Of a stretch of DNA of 64,000 bases, positions 1 through 36,700 are shown one piece after another; the first letter of the stretch is position 1, and each line of letters starts with the position of its first letter. Source of the DNA: Tubiluchus corallicola (Eukaryota; Animalia; Priapulida). Location of the stretch: assembly GCA_030141605.1 (NCBI GenBank), contig JAQGDQ010000958.1, forward strand, positions 1 to 64,000. The letters run 5' to 3'. The translations under genes were made by a program, and so were the position numbers. The notes beneath the pieces were generated by a model. It did no database searches. It saw only the letters and a list, made by a program, of their open reading frames with translations, and was not told the origin of the DNA.

Positions 1-6
1 TCCCTA

Positions 7-290
<284 letters not shown>

Positions 291-651
291 CACTGTCACT
301 CATTCAGTGTGTGTTTGTTGACAGTTTGTCAGTTGTCACTTGCTTAAAAACCATGTACCAGCATATATTCTTGAATGTGGTAAAGTGTAGAATTAGATTT
401 TTATTCAGTGTGTGTTTTTTAAGATTTTTTCAAGTTTACATCTAAATTTTCCTATGTTTGTTCGTTTAAAATTACAATTACAAAGTACAACATTAAAATT
501 ACATTATGTTTGTTTCGTTTTACACAGTATTAAAACAACGGTTAAAAATATTCTGAAGCAGCAGCCCCGGTAATTTTAGCTACGAGCCGCCACTGAAGGC
601 AGATAAAGCTACTCAAGTTTTAATACGCACGTGTTAACTTCATTAATAGTT

Positions 652-893
652 AAAAATCCTGGTTTTGTTAATATAAGTGACATTAATAATGTTTTCTTTT
701 CATTGGCTTTATCAGTTGTATATGCCTGGCATCAATAAATTTGAGTTTTCAATGATTTTGTTTAATCTTGTAAAATCCTGGTTTTGTTAATATAAGACAC
801 ATTAATAATGTTTTCTTTTTATTGGCTTTATCAGTTGTGTATGCCTGGCATCAGTAAATTTGAGTTTTCAATGATTTTGTTTAATCTTGTAAA
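652..893. repeat. ~120-bp direct duplication (2 copies)
   Basis: aaaatcctggttttgttaatataag...tttaatcttgtaaa occurs twice in tandem. Confidence 0.9.
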
Positions 894-1537
894 TCCCGCT
901 CTCGCCACAAACGCAATCTTTCTTTATTTCTAAGAAATAAAATTCTATAGTTGTAAATATACATGTGGTGGAGCCAGAAGGTTTTCTTCTGCAAAATTTG
1001 TTTTTCTTTTTCGTTGTTCTTGTCGTTTAATTTTTCATTCCGTTCAATTTTTGTGCACTGATGGACAAATTGATAAACGGTTACGCTTCTACTGCATTGC
1101 GAAAAGACGTGGATTTTGTGTTGTGAACGTTAATATCGGCTTATGCCTCGCTCACTTTTTCATAGCTTGTTTATTTCTTTATTGTTTTTTTGTTAGTATT
1201 ATTAGCTGCATTTTAAACTGTAGCCTGTTGAGTCCGTCCAAGTGGACATTTTTGTGCGATATGCGTGTTGTGACATTATTAAAATTGTCTCATTGTGCAC
1301 AGTTGAGATGAATATAACGTATTGTATATAGTTATTTGCCATAGGGATCATGCAAATTCCATTATTTCGCACTGCCATCTACTGGGTGCAATTTAAGTGA
1401 ATTTAAATGACAGTTTCAATATTGGTTGCTATTATTGCATCTTCTGACCGTAAACCATTGTTGAATATTAAATGTCAAAATTGTGTATGTCAGACCTTGT
1501 TGTCATACTATTTGAGTATTTCGCTAAAGCATTCATG

Positions 1538-2037
1538 GAGCTCGGATTCCAGCATTCATGGAGCCCAAATTCCATCATTTCACGCAGTCCGGATTCCAGC
1601 ATTCACGGAGCCCAAATTCCAGCATTCGCAGAGCCCGAATTCCAGCATTCGCAGAGCCCAAATTCCAGCATTCGCAGAGCCCGAATTCCAGCATTCGCAG
1701 AGCCCGAATTCCAGCATTCGCAGAGCCCAAATTCCAGCATTCGCAGAGCCCAAATTCCAGCATTCGCAGAGCCCGGATTCCAGCATTCGCAGAGCCCAAA
1801 TTCCAGCATTCGCAGAGCCCGAATTCCAGCGTTCACAGAGCCCAAATTCCAGCGTTCACAGAGCCCAAATTTCAGCATTCGCAGAGCCCAAATTCCAGCA
1901 TTCGCAGAGCCCAAATTCCAGCATTCGCGGAGCCCGGATTCCAGCATTCGCGGAGCCCAAATTCCAGCATTCACGGAGCCCGGATTCCAGCATTCGCGGA
2001 GCCCAAATTCCAGCATTCGCAGAGCCCGGATTCCAGT
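1538..2037. repeat. 23-bp minisatellite, ~22 copies
   Basis: Unit gagcccaaattccagcattcgca. Confidence 0.97.
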
Positions 2038-2407
2038 ATTTCACCACCTACATAAGTGAATAGTGCAATGCTTTCTTCATTGTCGTATCTACACTTCTTT
2101 GGCTGTATTATTATGCATATGTAATGAATGTATAGTATATTTTTCGGCTTTTGTTGTTAAAGACAATGTTATATTAGTATGTGAAAGACCAGGTTGTCTT
2201 TATGTAGGAAAACATATCTCTAGTGAAATGAAGATTATTATTATAGAAAAAGTAGAATCATGAATTCATTATCGGTTGTACATATTGTTATTTAAAAGTT
2301 GCCATTAAAGTGACATTTATTATTGAAAAATTTTGTTATAGTTTTGTGATGAGTTTGACTTGATTATTGCTTCCAATGTTGCTAATCCTTTTTGAAGTTT
2401 CAAGTTA

Positions 2408-2982
2408 GGCCCATTTCACAGTGAGGATGCAAGGATGCATGGAATTACTATCAGAAAATTTTCTGAAAATTTCTGATTTTTCTCGAAAACTCCTGCAGCA
2501 AGAAAGTTCATTTCACAGTGAAACAGTGCAGCTTCTTTCCACGCATCCAATTAGCTGCAGCTACTTTGTGAGTTTATACCGTATAATCATGTCTAAGTGA
2601 AGTTATACTTGCCGTATTTCTCATATACAAAGTAGAATTAATAATGTTAGACAGTGTAATGTCAGACCTGTTTATTTTTTGGTAAAGTTCTGCTAACCAT
2701 TTCAAAATAAAATGAGACATGCGTGCGATATTTTTCTTTTTCACGAACATAGTCATTAAAATGTAAAATCATCAGTCAGTTAAAAGAGATATTAAATTTT
2801 AGAATTTTGTGCTGAAATGTGTTAATTGTTGTTCGTTAAGGAAGTAGATAAATTTGATACTGAATTGCGCGAGGATTCCTCGTGAAAGTGGAACATGGAG
2901 TATTTCTACCATGCTGCAAAATTTCCTCAGGAGGAGGATGCATAGCTTTTGGCTGACAGCAGAATTCCTCACTGTGAAATTA
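2408..2982. mobile_element. MITE with long imperfect TIRs, possibly PIF/Harbinger-like
   Basis: ggcccatttcacagtgagga at the left end and tcctcactgtgaaatt at the right end. Confidence 0.5.
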
Positions 2983-4146
2983 GATGACATAAGAACTTTA
3001 CTTTGTCTAACTCTAACCAAAGAAATAAAAATACAGTTAAAATGAATGCATTGCTTTAATTTGTAAATATACAAAAATTAATGATCTTTTAACAAAAATA
3101 TACATAACGATCAAGAACATGAGTTACTTCTCCTGAGACACTGATCAATTTGCATAAAAAGTTCAAAATTTTATGTTGAGACAGTAAAATAATGAATTCG
3201 GTAAAACGATTCCATGCCTCAATTTCTCAAATCCTTTGAAGGACTGTCGTTATTACAATGATGCACTGCACTCCTTAATTTCTAATTTGAACTCATACAA
3301 GGGTTTATCTCAGCTTCATTAAGGCAACATTCCTACCTAAAGTTTGAATCCTATGGTAAAATAGTAACTGTACAACAACCAGTGACATCACGCACTATTA
3401 CATACTTATATACACAAAAAGATTTGCATTCAGTAATTCAAAATGAAACTTTGTAAAATATATTATGAAATCTTACGCACTATCATATAACGAATGTGAT
3501 ACATCCACAAAAAATAGTGATATTTCTGATGGAATGTCCTAATACAAAAAAATACATACCATTAGATTTTTGCCGCACGAAACAGTTTACGGAACAGTAA
3601 TATGAATGTATAAAAAAATCATGATTTTCTAAACGCTACTAAAGGCTTAGTCCTAAAATACATCTGCCTAACATAATTATTAGTCTTGGAGTTTGCACTG
3701 TAGTCTGCAGCAAAGGCAGCATTTTGACTACTATAACAAAACGCAGAGCAAAACATCCACTTCTTATTCCAACCTATACCCAGAGTTTAGGCGTTTTTCA
3801 CGACTTTCCACCAAGTTTCTGATCAAAGTTAGTAAACTTTGTCATCAGAATTTCCCATCATAAAACACAATATTTAGTGGTAAAAACTTCTGTTCTCATT
3901 ATTAAAATCAGAATTCTCACACCCATTGTTTGCAAAATCATCATTACAGGAATAACCTCTACAGCCAATAACGTAGGGGTAGTAAATGACTTCAAATCAT
4001 GATCTATATCTCATGAACTGTATCACCACAATAAAATGTATCATACATTCTTTAAAAAGCTACTCTGATTAAATCTCCATTTACTACAACACAAATCCTT
4101 CTAAAATTCATTAAAACTCTCACGATCAGTTCTGTTAAACGCAGCT

Positions 4147-27953
<23,807 letters not shown>

Positions 27954-29430
27954 CTATTTTCTTTGATTTACAACTTTCTGTCAGCAACAGTCGGCAAGCA
28001 GGTGACGGAGGTGAAACCTTGGAAATCCTAACAGAATTTGAAAAACCTCTTCCAGCAACGTTAGAGGCAGAGGAAGCGTTTATGTCACACAAACGGCACA
28101 GTAGCACTAACCAGTGCGCCAGGTAGTCAGTTTAAACCACGCGAACGATTGTTATTGATCGTTTTACTACTGCAGTGTACACCTGAACTTCGAGCAGGTT
28201 AATTGCTTTTTGCCAATTATTACACGCCTACCTGTCGGCTCTCAGTGCGATTTTTTCCACCGTCAAATCATAAAAACGTTTAATGCGCACAGGTTGTCAG
28301 CTTCACTAGTCAGATATTGCCGAATATGGTCAGCGCGACAGGTAAAATGATTCAGGTAGAGACGGATGCTGGTTTAATCCGAGTGGATGGTTCTGTAGGT
28401 AGAGATGCACAGTTGCAGGGTGCGTCGTTTGGTGAGGAATGCGGGCTGTAGGCAGTCATGCGTGCAGAAATTTCAGTTTTATCAGAGGGCAGACTCATCA
28501 TTCGGGCCAACCCTGAGGCTCAGAGAAGCTGTCAATGCGATTTTAACATATAATTCTTAGAATTTGCAAAACCACAACATTATCCTTAGACGTAAACAGC
28601 TGACCATGGCAATTTAGCTAACGTGTCAAGGAGAAATTAAATTACACGCCAAAAAGAGACTGCTTTGTTGGAAAAAATCATTTTAGCGGTTGGTAAATGA
28701 AATACTATAATGTTTATACAATCGGAACGGTTACAAAAAAGTTACGCGATCTACAGTCATGACTAAATGCAAAGCAACAGGCAAAATCCAAGCAAACAAA
28801 CCGAGGACGCTGTCATATCCAGTGAAAAAAACTTGTTTTTTTTGCTCAATTTCTAATATCAACGCCAGAAAATGTGAATTTTTTCTCCAAAACGAAGTAT
28901 TTAACGACGTTGAGTACCAATTATAATAATGTATTACACAAACTAGCAAAACTGAAATTTCGTAAAGCCCGTGGACAAGTCGGTACCACCTTCCCCTCCT
29001 TGGATCCGCCCTGGACATAGCCTGCGGGTGAACAAACGTTGAGTACAACCTTCGCCAGAGAATTATCAGTCTAGTGTCTTCCCAGAGAAAAAGCTTATCT
29101 TCCCTGCTCACGGCTGATGCTGCTAATCAGATCTCTTCAGCTCTCAGGTTTTAGCCCCCCGAGAGTTTTATTCTCTCTGCAGGTTGCTCCTTGGAAACAA
29201 TCGCATTAATCTATTCCTAATTAGAAAGGCGTATCGCTCGGCCCGGGGGGCGTGTCTGAAACTCAGGTAGCTAAGAGGTCACCGGGTCAAGATATGCGTG
29301 AATTTATCGTTTAACCTTTTGACAGGAAGCGGTAAACTCTAAGTAATTATGCGCTTATTTGTCATTATAATAAATGAAGTAATTCATGAAGGAAGTTTAT
29401 GACATACAGGTAAAATGCAGGTAACAGGGA
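27954..29430 (-). promoter_or_regulatory. numb 5' UTR/promoter region with clustered CAGGT motifs
   Basis: Locally GC-richer, repeat-free sequence upstream of the numb ATG, with about 13 CAGGT/ACCTG hits. Confidence 0.45.
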
Positions 29431-29738
29431 CAATGTAGCATCAGTTTATAGTACAGAAGCCATAAAAGGACAAAAGGTAAAACCGATAACAACCGAAAAT
29501 GAAAGAACCTACAAAATCAGTTTTTACATAGTAGTGATCATTGCGTGCGTGTGTCAATGAGAAGATCCAGGTTCAATTTCTGTGCTGGTGTTTTTTTTAC
29601 TTTTTGCCAGACAATTATAAACGATCTATTTAACGATCGTTACATAAATAGCATAAACAACATTATACCATACATTTTTTACGTACCGAAAAGTACAACT
29701 CTAATCAAACTGCCTATTATATTAGAGGTATATCATTA

Positions 29739-30660
29739 CAGAGGGTGTTTCAGAAGAAACTGTGTAGTAGAAACATTCTCATATGCCTATATTGGAATGT
29801 AGAAAAACCAACTTACGTGGTACGAAAAGAGGAATTATGCAAATATAAATGTCATTTTTACATCATTACCATAATGGCATATATTGATATTTATTAGTGT
29901 CAAAAATACATACAATACAAGAAAAAACAAGACATACATACAATTTAAATTTTGAAATATAAAAACGCTATACACAAACAAAACAATTATTAATAAAACT
30001 TATATTATTAAATCTTTCTTTTAGTTATATTAGTTATTTAAATGAAAAGTTTAATGGTTAGTATTTAAAATAAATTGTCATTCATTAGGTCTCATTTCCA
30101 ATGAAATGATCATTACATAGTAATTGCACTTCTTCATAAACACAAATTTGCAGAGCAGCAGCTATTTTCACACAAAATTAACACCAAGTAGCCAAAAAAC
30201 GTCTTTTCAATTTAAACAGAATGTAGAGACGTAAGCGTTGTGCGTTTCTTCCTATAAACGAAACTAGACTATATATTTCCACTAATTCACTTGCAATTTC
30301 AATTGACAATAATAAAATCCAGAACCAGGCTAATATTTCTCCCGCTAACTAATGAAAAATTGAGCATTTTTTCATAACAGTGTTAGACGGAGCTGTAACT
30401 AAATGTCCCGAACGTATCTGCGTTAAATAAGCTCTGCAGGGTTGCGAAATATCTTGCACGCTGATTGGGCAGTCAACGAAAATGATTGACATTGTGATAG
30501 ACGTCAATTATTCTTATACTTATATATTAATAATTATAACAATTATAATATAATCGCTTACTAAATTGATTTGTACTCGACCACATTTCATGGGGATTCG
30601 ATCAACGTATTGCAGTACAACGCAATATTTCTACTGTACTGTTTGTTTTGGAACACCCTG
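29739..30660. mobile_element. Tc1/mariner-like non-autonomous element
   Basis: Long imperfect TIRs cagagggtgtttcagaagaaactgtgtagtagaaa / tttctactgtactgtttgttttggaacaccctg. Confidence 0.6.
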
Positions 30661-31156
30661 TCATATTGAGCAACTATCTAATCAGGGTATTATCTAAGTG
30701 TACTATTTATATCATGTCATGTACTCTATAAACCATACTTTTATCTAGAACCACATGTTGGAATGCAAAGGTGTTTAACTGCACCACTAAACACGGGAAA
30801 AAACAAAACAATGTCAACGGTGAGGTGGAAAAAAAGTTGTACATTTACAATAATTTGCAGTGAAGAATTTTTCAAAAAATGACAACGTAAGGTAAATTTT
30901 TCATAAACATATTTAGTGTTTACGTACCTCGTAAATTAAGGAATTGAAATCTGTGCTCATGAGTTACGACCTGTCCATCTTGCAAAAACAACAATTTTCA
31001 CGGGAACAGCAACTGATTAGTGCACAAGCTGAACTGCGGCAACGGAAACGACAATAAATTAAACCAGTTCCAAAGAAATCGTTGTCATTTTTAAATGCTC
31101 AGGTCATAAAACGTCAGTTTAGTTTTAGTATAAAAGAATCCATCAGAAGGTACAAT

Positions 31157-31410
31157 TTAGTCTAGTAGTAACACGTCCGCGTTCCGCCTGGGAAGTCGCG
31201 AGTTCGATACAGAGGTCAGTTTAAATGCTTTAAAAATTTCACCCGTTGTTGCCCTGGCTGGCACATGGTATTTAGGGTGTAAGTGGGGTAATAATAGTCT
31301 CTGTTATGTATTTGTATATTGTTATTTGCAGTCGACCCAAAAGTTCTTTGGAGTTTGTTAATTTTTCATATAAAAAGCAGACTTTAAATAAAGATTATTA
31401 TTACATTACT
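31157..31410 (+). mobile_element. tRNA-derived SINE, copy 1
   Basis: A box (tagtctagtagt), B box (gagttcgatac) and tail aaataaagattattatta. Homologous to 57736-58000. Confidence 0.72.
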
Positions 31411-31430
31411 ATATTTAATACTGTATAATA

Positions 31431-31877
31431 CAGTCGACCTCGGATATAAGGGACACCTCGGGACCGGAAAAGATTGTCCCTTATAGCCGAAGTTGAGTCA
31501 GGCCGAGGGTGTATCCAGACCTGTACTTTATTTTTATGGATTATTGCTACACATTCAGTGCAAACGGTATGTAGGAAGCTCCTTCAGTGATGCAAGATGT
31601 ATGTGACCGCGGAAACCGAGCTGTTCGAAGCTGTGCGAAAAATAGAGGTTAAAAATTGATCAATTTCGCTTTGATCATAGGGTCTCTTAAATGCGAGGTA
31701 ATTTACCTGGGTTTCTATTACGCAGGACCTGAAGATCATATCCCTTATAACCGAAAGTCCCTTATATCCGAGTTCCTTATATACGAAGATTTTTACATAG
31801 GAAAAACGTTATGAAAAATCGGAACCAGTGTTGGTGGTCCCTTATAAGCGAATGTCCCTTATACCCGAGATTGACAG
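31431..31877. mobile_element. pogo/Tigger-like MITE
   Basis: TA|cagtcgacctcggatataagggaca...tgtcccttatacccgagattgacag|TA, with subterminal cccttata repeats. Confidence 0.78.
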
Positions 31878-32770
31878 TAGTTGTATTATATACTATAGAA
31901 TAGTATATAATACTAGTATATATAGTATATAATACTAGTATATAAGTACTATAAGTATATTAGTACACACTAATAGTATTTACTACTCGCATTGCATGCG
32001 AGTATTTCAGTTGATTAAACGTGGGAATGTTTAAAATCAAGAGCTAGAACACAACAGAAGAAAAGAAATACAAATTTCAGTTAAGCAAATATATTGTACA
32101 GTTTGTCCTTTATAATAATACAAGAAATAATAGAAAGTTGAGGAGGATACAACATTACATTACAGCTGCTTTATTTACACTGGCAAAAACATTTACTAGG
32201 TAACCGTAAATCATTAGTCATTTATTTTTGAACAAAACATTTAAATTAAAACAATGGATTGTAATATAAAGAATGTAATGAAACAACATCTCAATTTAAT
32301 TAAATCTGTCGAATACTCATTTACATTGTCAATGTAGCGAAACAATCTTTTAGCAGCAAAGTACAAGTTTAATCATCATTGCTGTCTGTAGAGCTCACCT
32401 GTTGTTGATTAAAATAACTCAGGTGAAACAGACCAAAATTTTTACATTTTCAATAGAAGTTCTCGTGATTTCTATCTAGATTACAACATTTACACAAAAG
32501 CAAATATTTATCCACAGTAATAATGTTTACTTTTACATTTTATAACGAAATGATTGCTACTACAAATAACAATCTTCAAATTAAAAGCCATCAAGATTTT
32601 CCAAGTTTATTAGTAGGGAAAATTATCGTACCATGCTTGTGAAATGTACAAATGTGCATACTTTGCAGTATGTAACCTATACGTGATTCATTCTGACAAA
32701 ACTCAATTCACAGACATATGGAATTAATCAGTCATTAACAACTGATTTCACATCTATAAATACAATTAGC

Positions 32771-33127
32771 CAGGGCCGGTGAGAGGAAATTTGAGGCCCT
32801 AGGCGAGGGGGTTTGCTGGCAAAGTCCCCAACGGGGTCCAGGGCAGAGCCTTGCGATATAATGAAATGTCTTCGCAAGTGCAATATGGCAGCATACGTGT
32901 TGGCGTAAGGTAAAGAGTGAAAAAAGTAAGACTAGTGCCAGTATTTGTTTATTTTTTTAGCAATCAGGTAAGAATCTAACTAGATTCAGGGTAATGGATG
33001 TTGGCGCAAATGGATTCGGGGATTCATGTTGAATGCGCTCTGTAAGCAGGCAGGAGACACAAAAAATTAGGAGTGTCAAAGTGCGAGGCCCTAGGCCTTA
33101 GGTCGCGTTGCCCTTTCACCGGCCCTG
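32771..33127. mobile_element. hAT-type MITE downstream of the MED12 stop
   Basis: TIRs cagggccggtga / tcaccggccctg, 8-bp TSD caattagc/caagtagc. Confidence 0.82.
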
Positions 33128-33489
33128 CAAGTAGCATTGACTGATAAAATGATTTCATGCATTCATTTTAAATATCAGTTTAAAAATAAATGTACACTAT
33201 TTACATTTTATACTACAGTATATTATAATTTATTGTCATCATTTTTGCCAGGAATGGTTGCTAGTTGTGCAAAAGTAAGTAATAAATGAAACAAAAGTCG
33301 TGTAGTGTCTATTCTGTCATCTAATGCAGAATAAGAATCGTTTCAAATGTACAGTAACCAATGTATTCTAGCTGTTACTTTAGAACACTTGATAGTAATG
33401 TCTTAATACTATAAACAAAATTAAAAAAAAGTCTTAAAGTTGCTTCTTGAAGTGCACTACTTATAGAAAAAGATTGTGTGTATCATTGA

Positions 33490-33570
33490 ATGTCTGAAGA
33501 TAATCTTTTGTTAACTAAACGGAACAGAAAAGGACCAAAAAGTAATCCTTGGGGAATCCCCTGTTTACGG
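33490..33570 (-). mobile_element. degenerate LINE reverse-transcriptase fragment
   Basis: Minus strand encodes GIPQGLLFGPFLF, matching the RT motif GxPQGSxLGPxLF. Confidence 0.5.
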
Positions 33571-33660
33571 TGCAACCCAGCGTAGTACGAATCACACTAT
33601 GGTCCAATCAAAATAAATAAGCGACTATGATGATGATGGTGATGTTGACGATGACGACAA

Positions 33661-33788
33661 CTAGTAATGGTGCTGCTGAGGTGCATTCTGAAACTGAAGC
33701 TGTAGATTGCCTCGCTTCAAGTTTGCGAGAAGCTCGGCTGTCTGCCTCTGTTGTTGGGCATGCGGCTGTTGCACTTGAGAGTCAGCTC
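33661..33788 (-). CDS. MED12: MED12 terminal coding exon
   Basis: tacag|[44 protein letters not shown]. Confidence 0.82.
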
Positions 33789-36700
33789 CTGTACAAACCC
33801 AGACAAAAGAAAAACAACCGTATCAGCCACAGTGAAATTTTCTCATCCATAGATGTCACAACCTTATTATAGACTAGTACTGCCATCTACTGTAATTATT
33901 ACTGAACAAACAAAAGGTGAGCAACCACCCATCACTTGACTACATCTCGAATGTCAATGGCAGTTTTTTCACATGCAATTTTAAAAGCATCAATAAATAA
34001 AATGGATATTAAAATCAACTTTTTCTTTACTCTATAAATACCTGCATTTGCCATCTGTTGTTGCTGCATATATGGCTGTTGTGCCATTGCTTGACCCATT
34101 CCAGGTTGAACCTGCTGACCAGTGGCCTGCATTGGACCCTGCGGTCCACCAGTCATACCTGGATGGTGTAACCTAAATAAAAGAGTTATATGGGATGAAA
34201 TATAGTCTCAACAAAAAGTTTTCTGCGGGGGGGGAGCTGGGTCATAAGCATCTAGGCATGTCCATGACAGGATCTCAGGAGGTAGGGGGGGAAGCTGGAT
34301 CATAAGCATCTAGGCATGTCCACGACAGTATCCCGGGGGGCAAAAGCTGGGTCATAAGCATCTAGGCATGTCCACGACAGGATCGGGGGGGGGGAAGCTG
34401 GGTCATAAGCATCTAGGCATGTCCATGACAGGATCCCGGGGGGCAAAAGCTGGGTCATAAGCATCTAGGCATGTCCACGACAGGATCCCGGGGGCAAAAG
34501 CTGGGTCATAAGCATCTAGACATGTCCACGACAAGTATGAGAAGTAGCAGTAAAATGGCTACTTGGGGACCAACAGACTGAAAAAGGAGGCGTCCTGAGT
34601 GTTTTTTCCATAAAAGCAGCCTACTAAATATAAAAGTAATTTTCTATACAGGAAGTTTCTTTTTGTATCAGCTAGTCTAGGCTTGGGTTATTATATAGTC
34701 TTTCATTCTGATGAATTGTGCCATATGATTGGATGTAAAAGTGTCTTGTCTAATGAATCATCCAATAGGATTGAACGTAAAAGCATGTTGTCTGATATGT
34801 CACACAATCTTATTGCTTGTAAAAGTGTCTTGTACGGCGAATGGTAAAAAATGATTGCACGACATAAAAGCATCTAGTTTGATACATCACACGATATTAT
34901 TGGAAATAAAAGTACCTCGTCTGCTGCGGCATTTGGTGCGGTTGAGCCTGTGCGGCATATGCGGGCTGCGGCTGATTTACCATTCCGTGTATCATAGCCT
35001 GATTTGACTGATAGCCCTGCTGGCTGTAAGGCTGCTGCTGAGGTTGCTGCTGCATCATTGCCGTCGTCGTTGGTTGTCCCATTGCACCGCCGTACGCTTG
35101 GTTGGGATCTGACAGAGACGGGAAACATCACAATAAAACTACTCACAGTAAACTGATAGGTCTAATGCGAACACGTGCTACCACAATCCGAATAGGGGTG
35201 ATCATCGAACATTTGAATTTGGTTCAAACAAGTTTTTTCACTCGGATTCGATTTAAACCTCAAATTATGAATATGAATAATTTTAAACTCCTATTACTTT
35301 CATTTCTTCACCATTGCAACATTGATAAGCCGTTAAAGATGCACGAAATGTCATGCAGTCAATGCAGTTTAGTTGCGATCTTTTCATACAATTTTGCAAA
35401 AAATTATTAGCTGCAGATCTCCTAAATCAGCTTTATCGTATTACGGTAGTTATTAATAAGACCCCATTTCAAACTACTACATATAATAATCCTAATTACT
35501 GAATAATTGTATTGTTTTGTTTAGATTTAGGTATCTAACTTTATTATTTTTTGTTTTTAGTTCTTTTTGGATAATTTGTATCATTTACACTGTTTTTATT
35601 ATTATTTTTTCCTATTTATTTTTGTCTTTTGTTATCTGCAGCATCACCGTTAATTTTTAACAGACTAATCTATTTATAACAAAGGGCAGGAGACTAGATA
35701 ACCCTACGGTCCTTCCCTGCCCTGCTCCATGATTATAATTACTTAATATTTAAAAAACTTTTGATGTTAAACTAATTGGAGAAAATAAATGTTCTATGTC
35801 TATGTCTATGTTTATTACTGTAAAACAAAAGCAATATGCACAATCTTTTTGAGCTGCTGTAAAATATGCCTAAAAATAAAATAATGAAAAAAATTAGCGA
35901 GTGGAAATTTTGTCAGCATTAGTGATTGTCTGCATTCTACAGTCTGTATAGTGGGTCATAAGTCATACATAAGTCACTTATTTCACATTACACATTTACA
36001 ATAGTTTTGTGTATAATATATGGTGAAAGGACCTACAATGAACATAATACAAATAAGTATTGTATTTATTTATATATTATATATTATATTACAGTCATTT
36101 AGAAAATAATAGCTTACAGAAGCAAGTACTTAGGCATATAAGTTTCTTTAAGTATCTTTAAGTTTAATGAGTCATCAGTGGCAACACGCAAGATGTGCAA
36201 AATAATAACTAATCTCAAACACGTCAGATGAAAGGCAGGATGTAAAAGTAGACTTCCTAGATTGCTAAGTGAGCCAAAGTATTTTTTACTGTGATTCTTG
36301 ATTTTATCTACACAAATCATTACAGTCTTACTGGTAAATTAGTGGCCAGGCTGCATGCAAAGTCTTCATCATCTCAGAACTACATTTTTTGCGTTTTTTT
36401 GTGCACAATATTACACTCATATCTCGGTTTGCCGGACAAAAGCGGGAAAGACGTCGGTCCGAAATTGCTGATTGTCCGTATTTAGCAATACTAAGCTAAT
36501 ATAGTAAGCGCGGTGAATTAGACTCACGGTAATGTAGAATTAATCACCTAACTGTCTCAAAAACGTCTAGTACAGGCCGCTCCTGTTAAAAAGTATATAA
36601 AAACTGTCACTTGATAGGCAGTTGATTCAAATAACTCCACATAATTGAGCTTTTATTATTTTTATGTCGTCTTACTACTTCACTTTTGTGCATGCTGCTT

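Noticed and set aside
1407-2063. Overlapping ORFs of 165-218 aa
   Set aside because: A 23-bp repeat cycling through all frames.
28731-29111. 126-aa ORF upstream of numb
   Set aside because: Non-ATG start, no motif, and it lies in the presumed promoter/UTR region.
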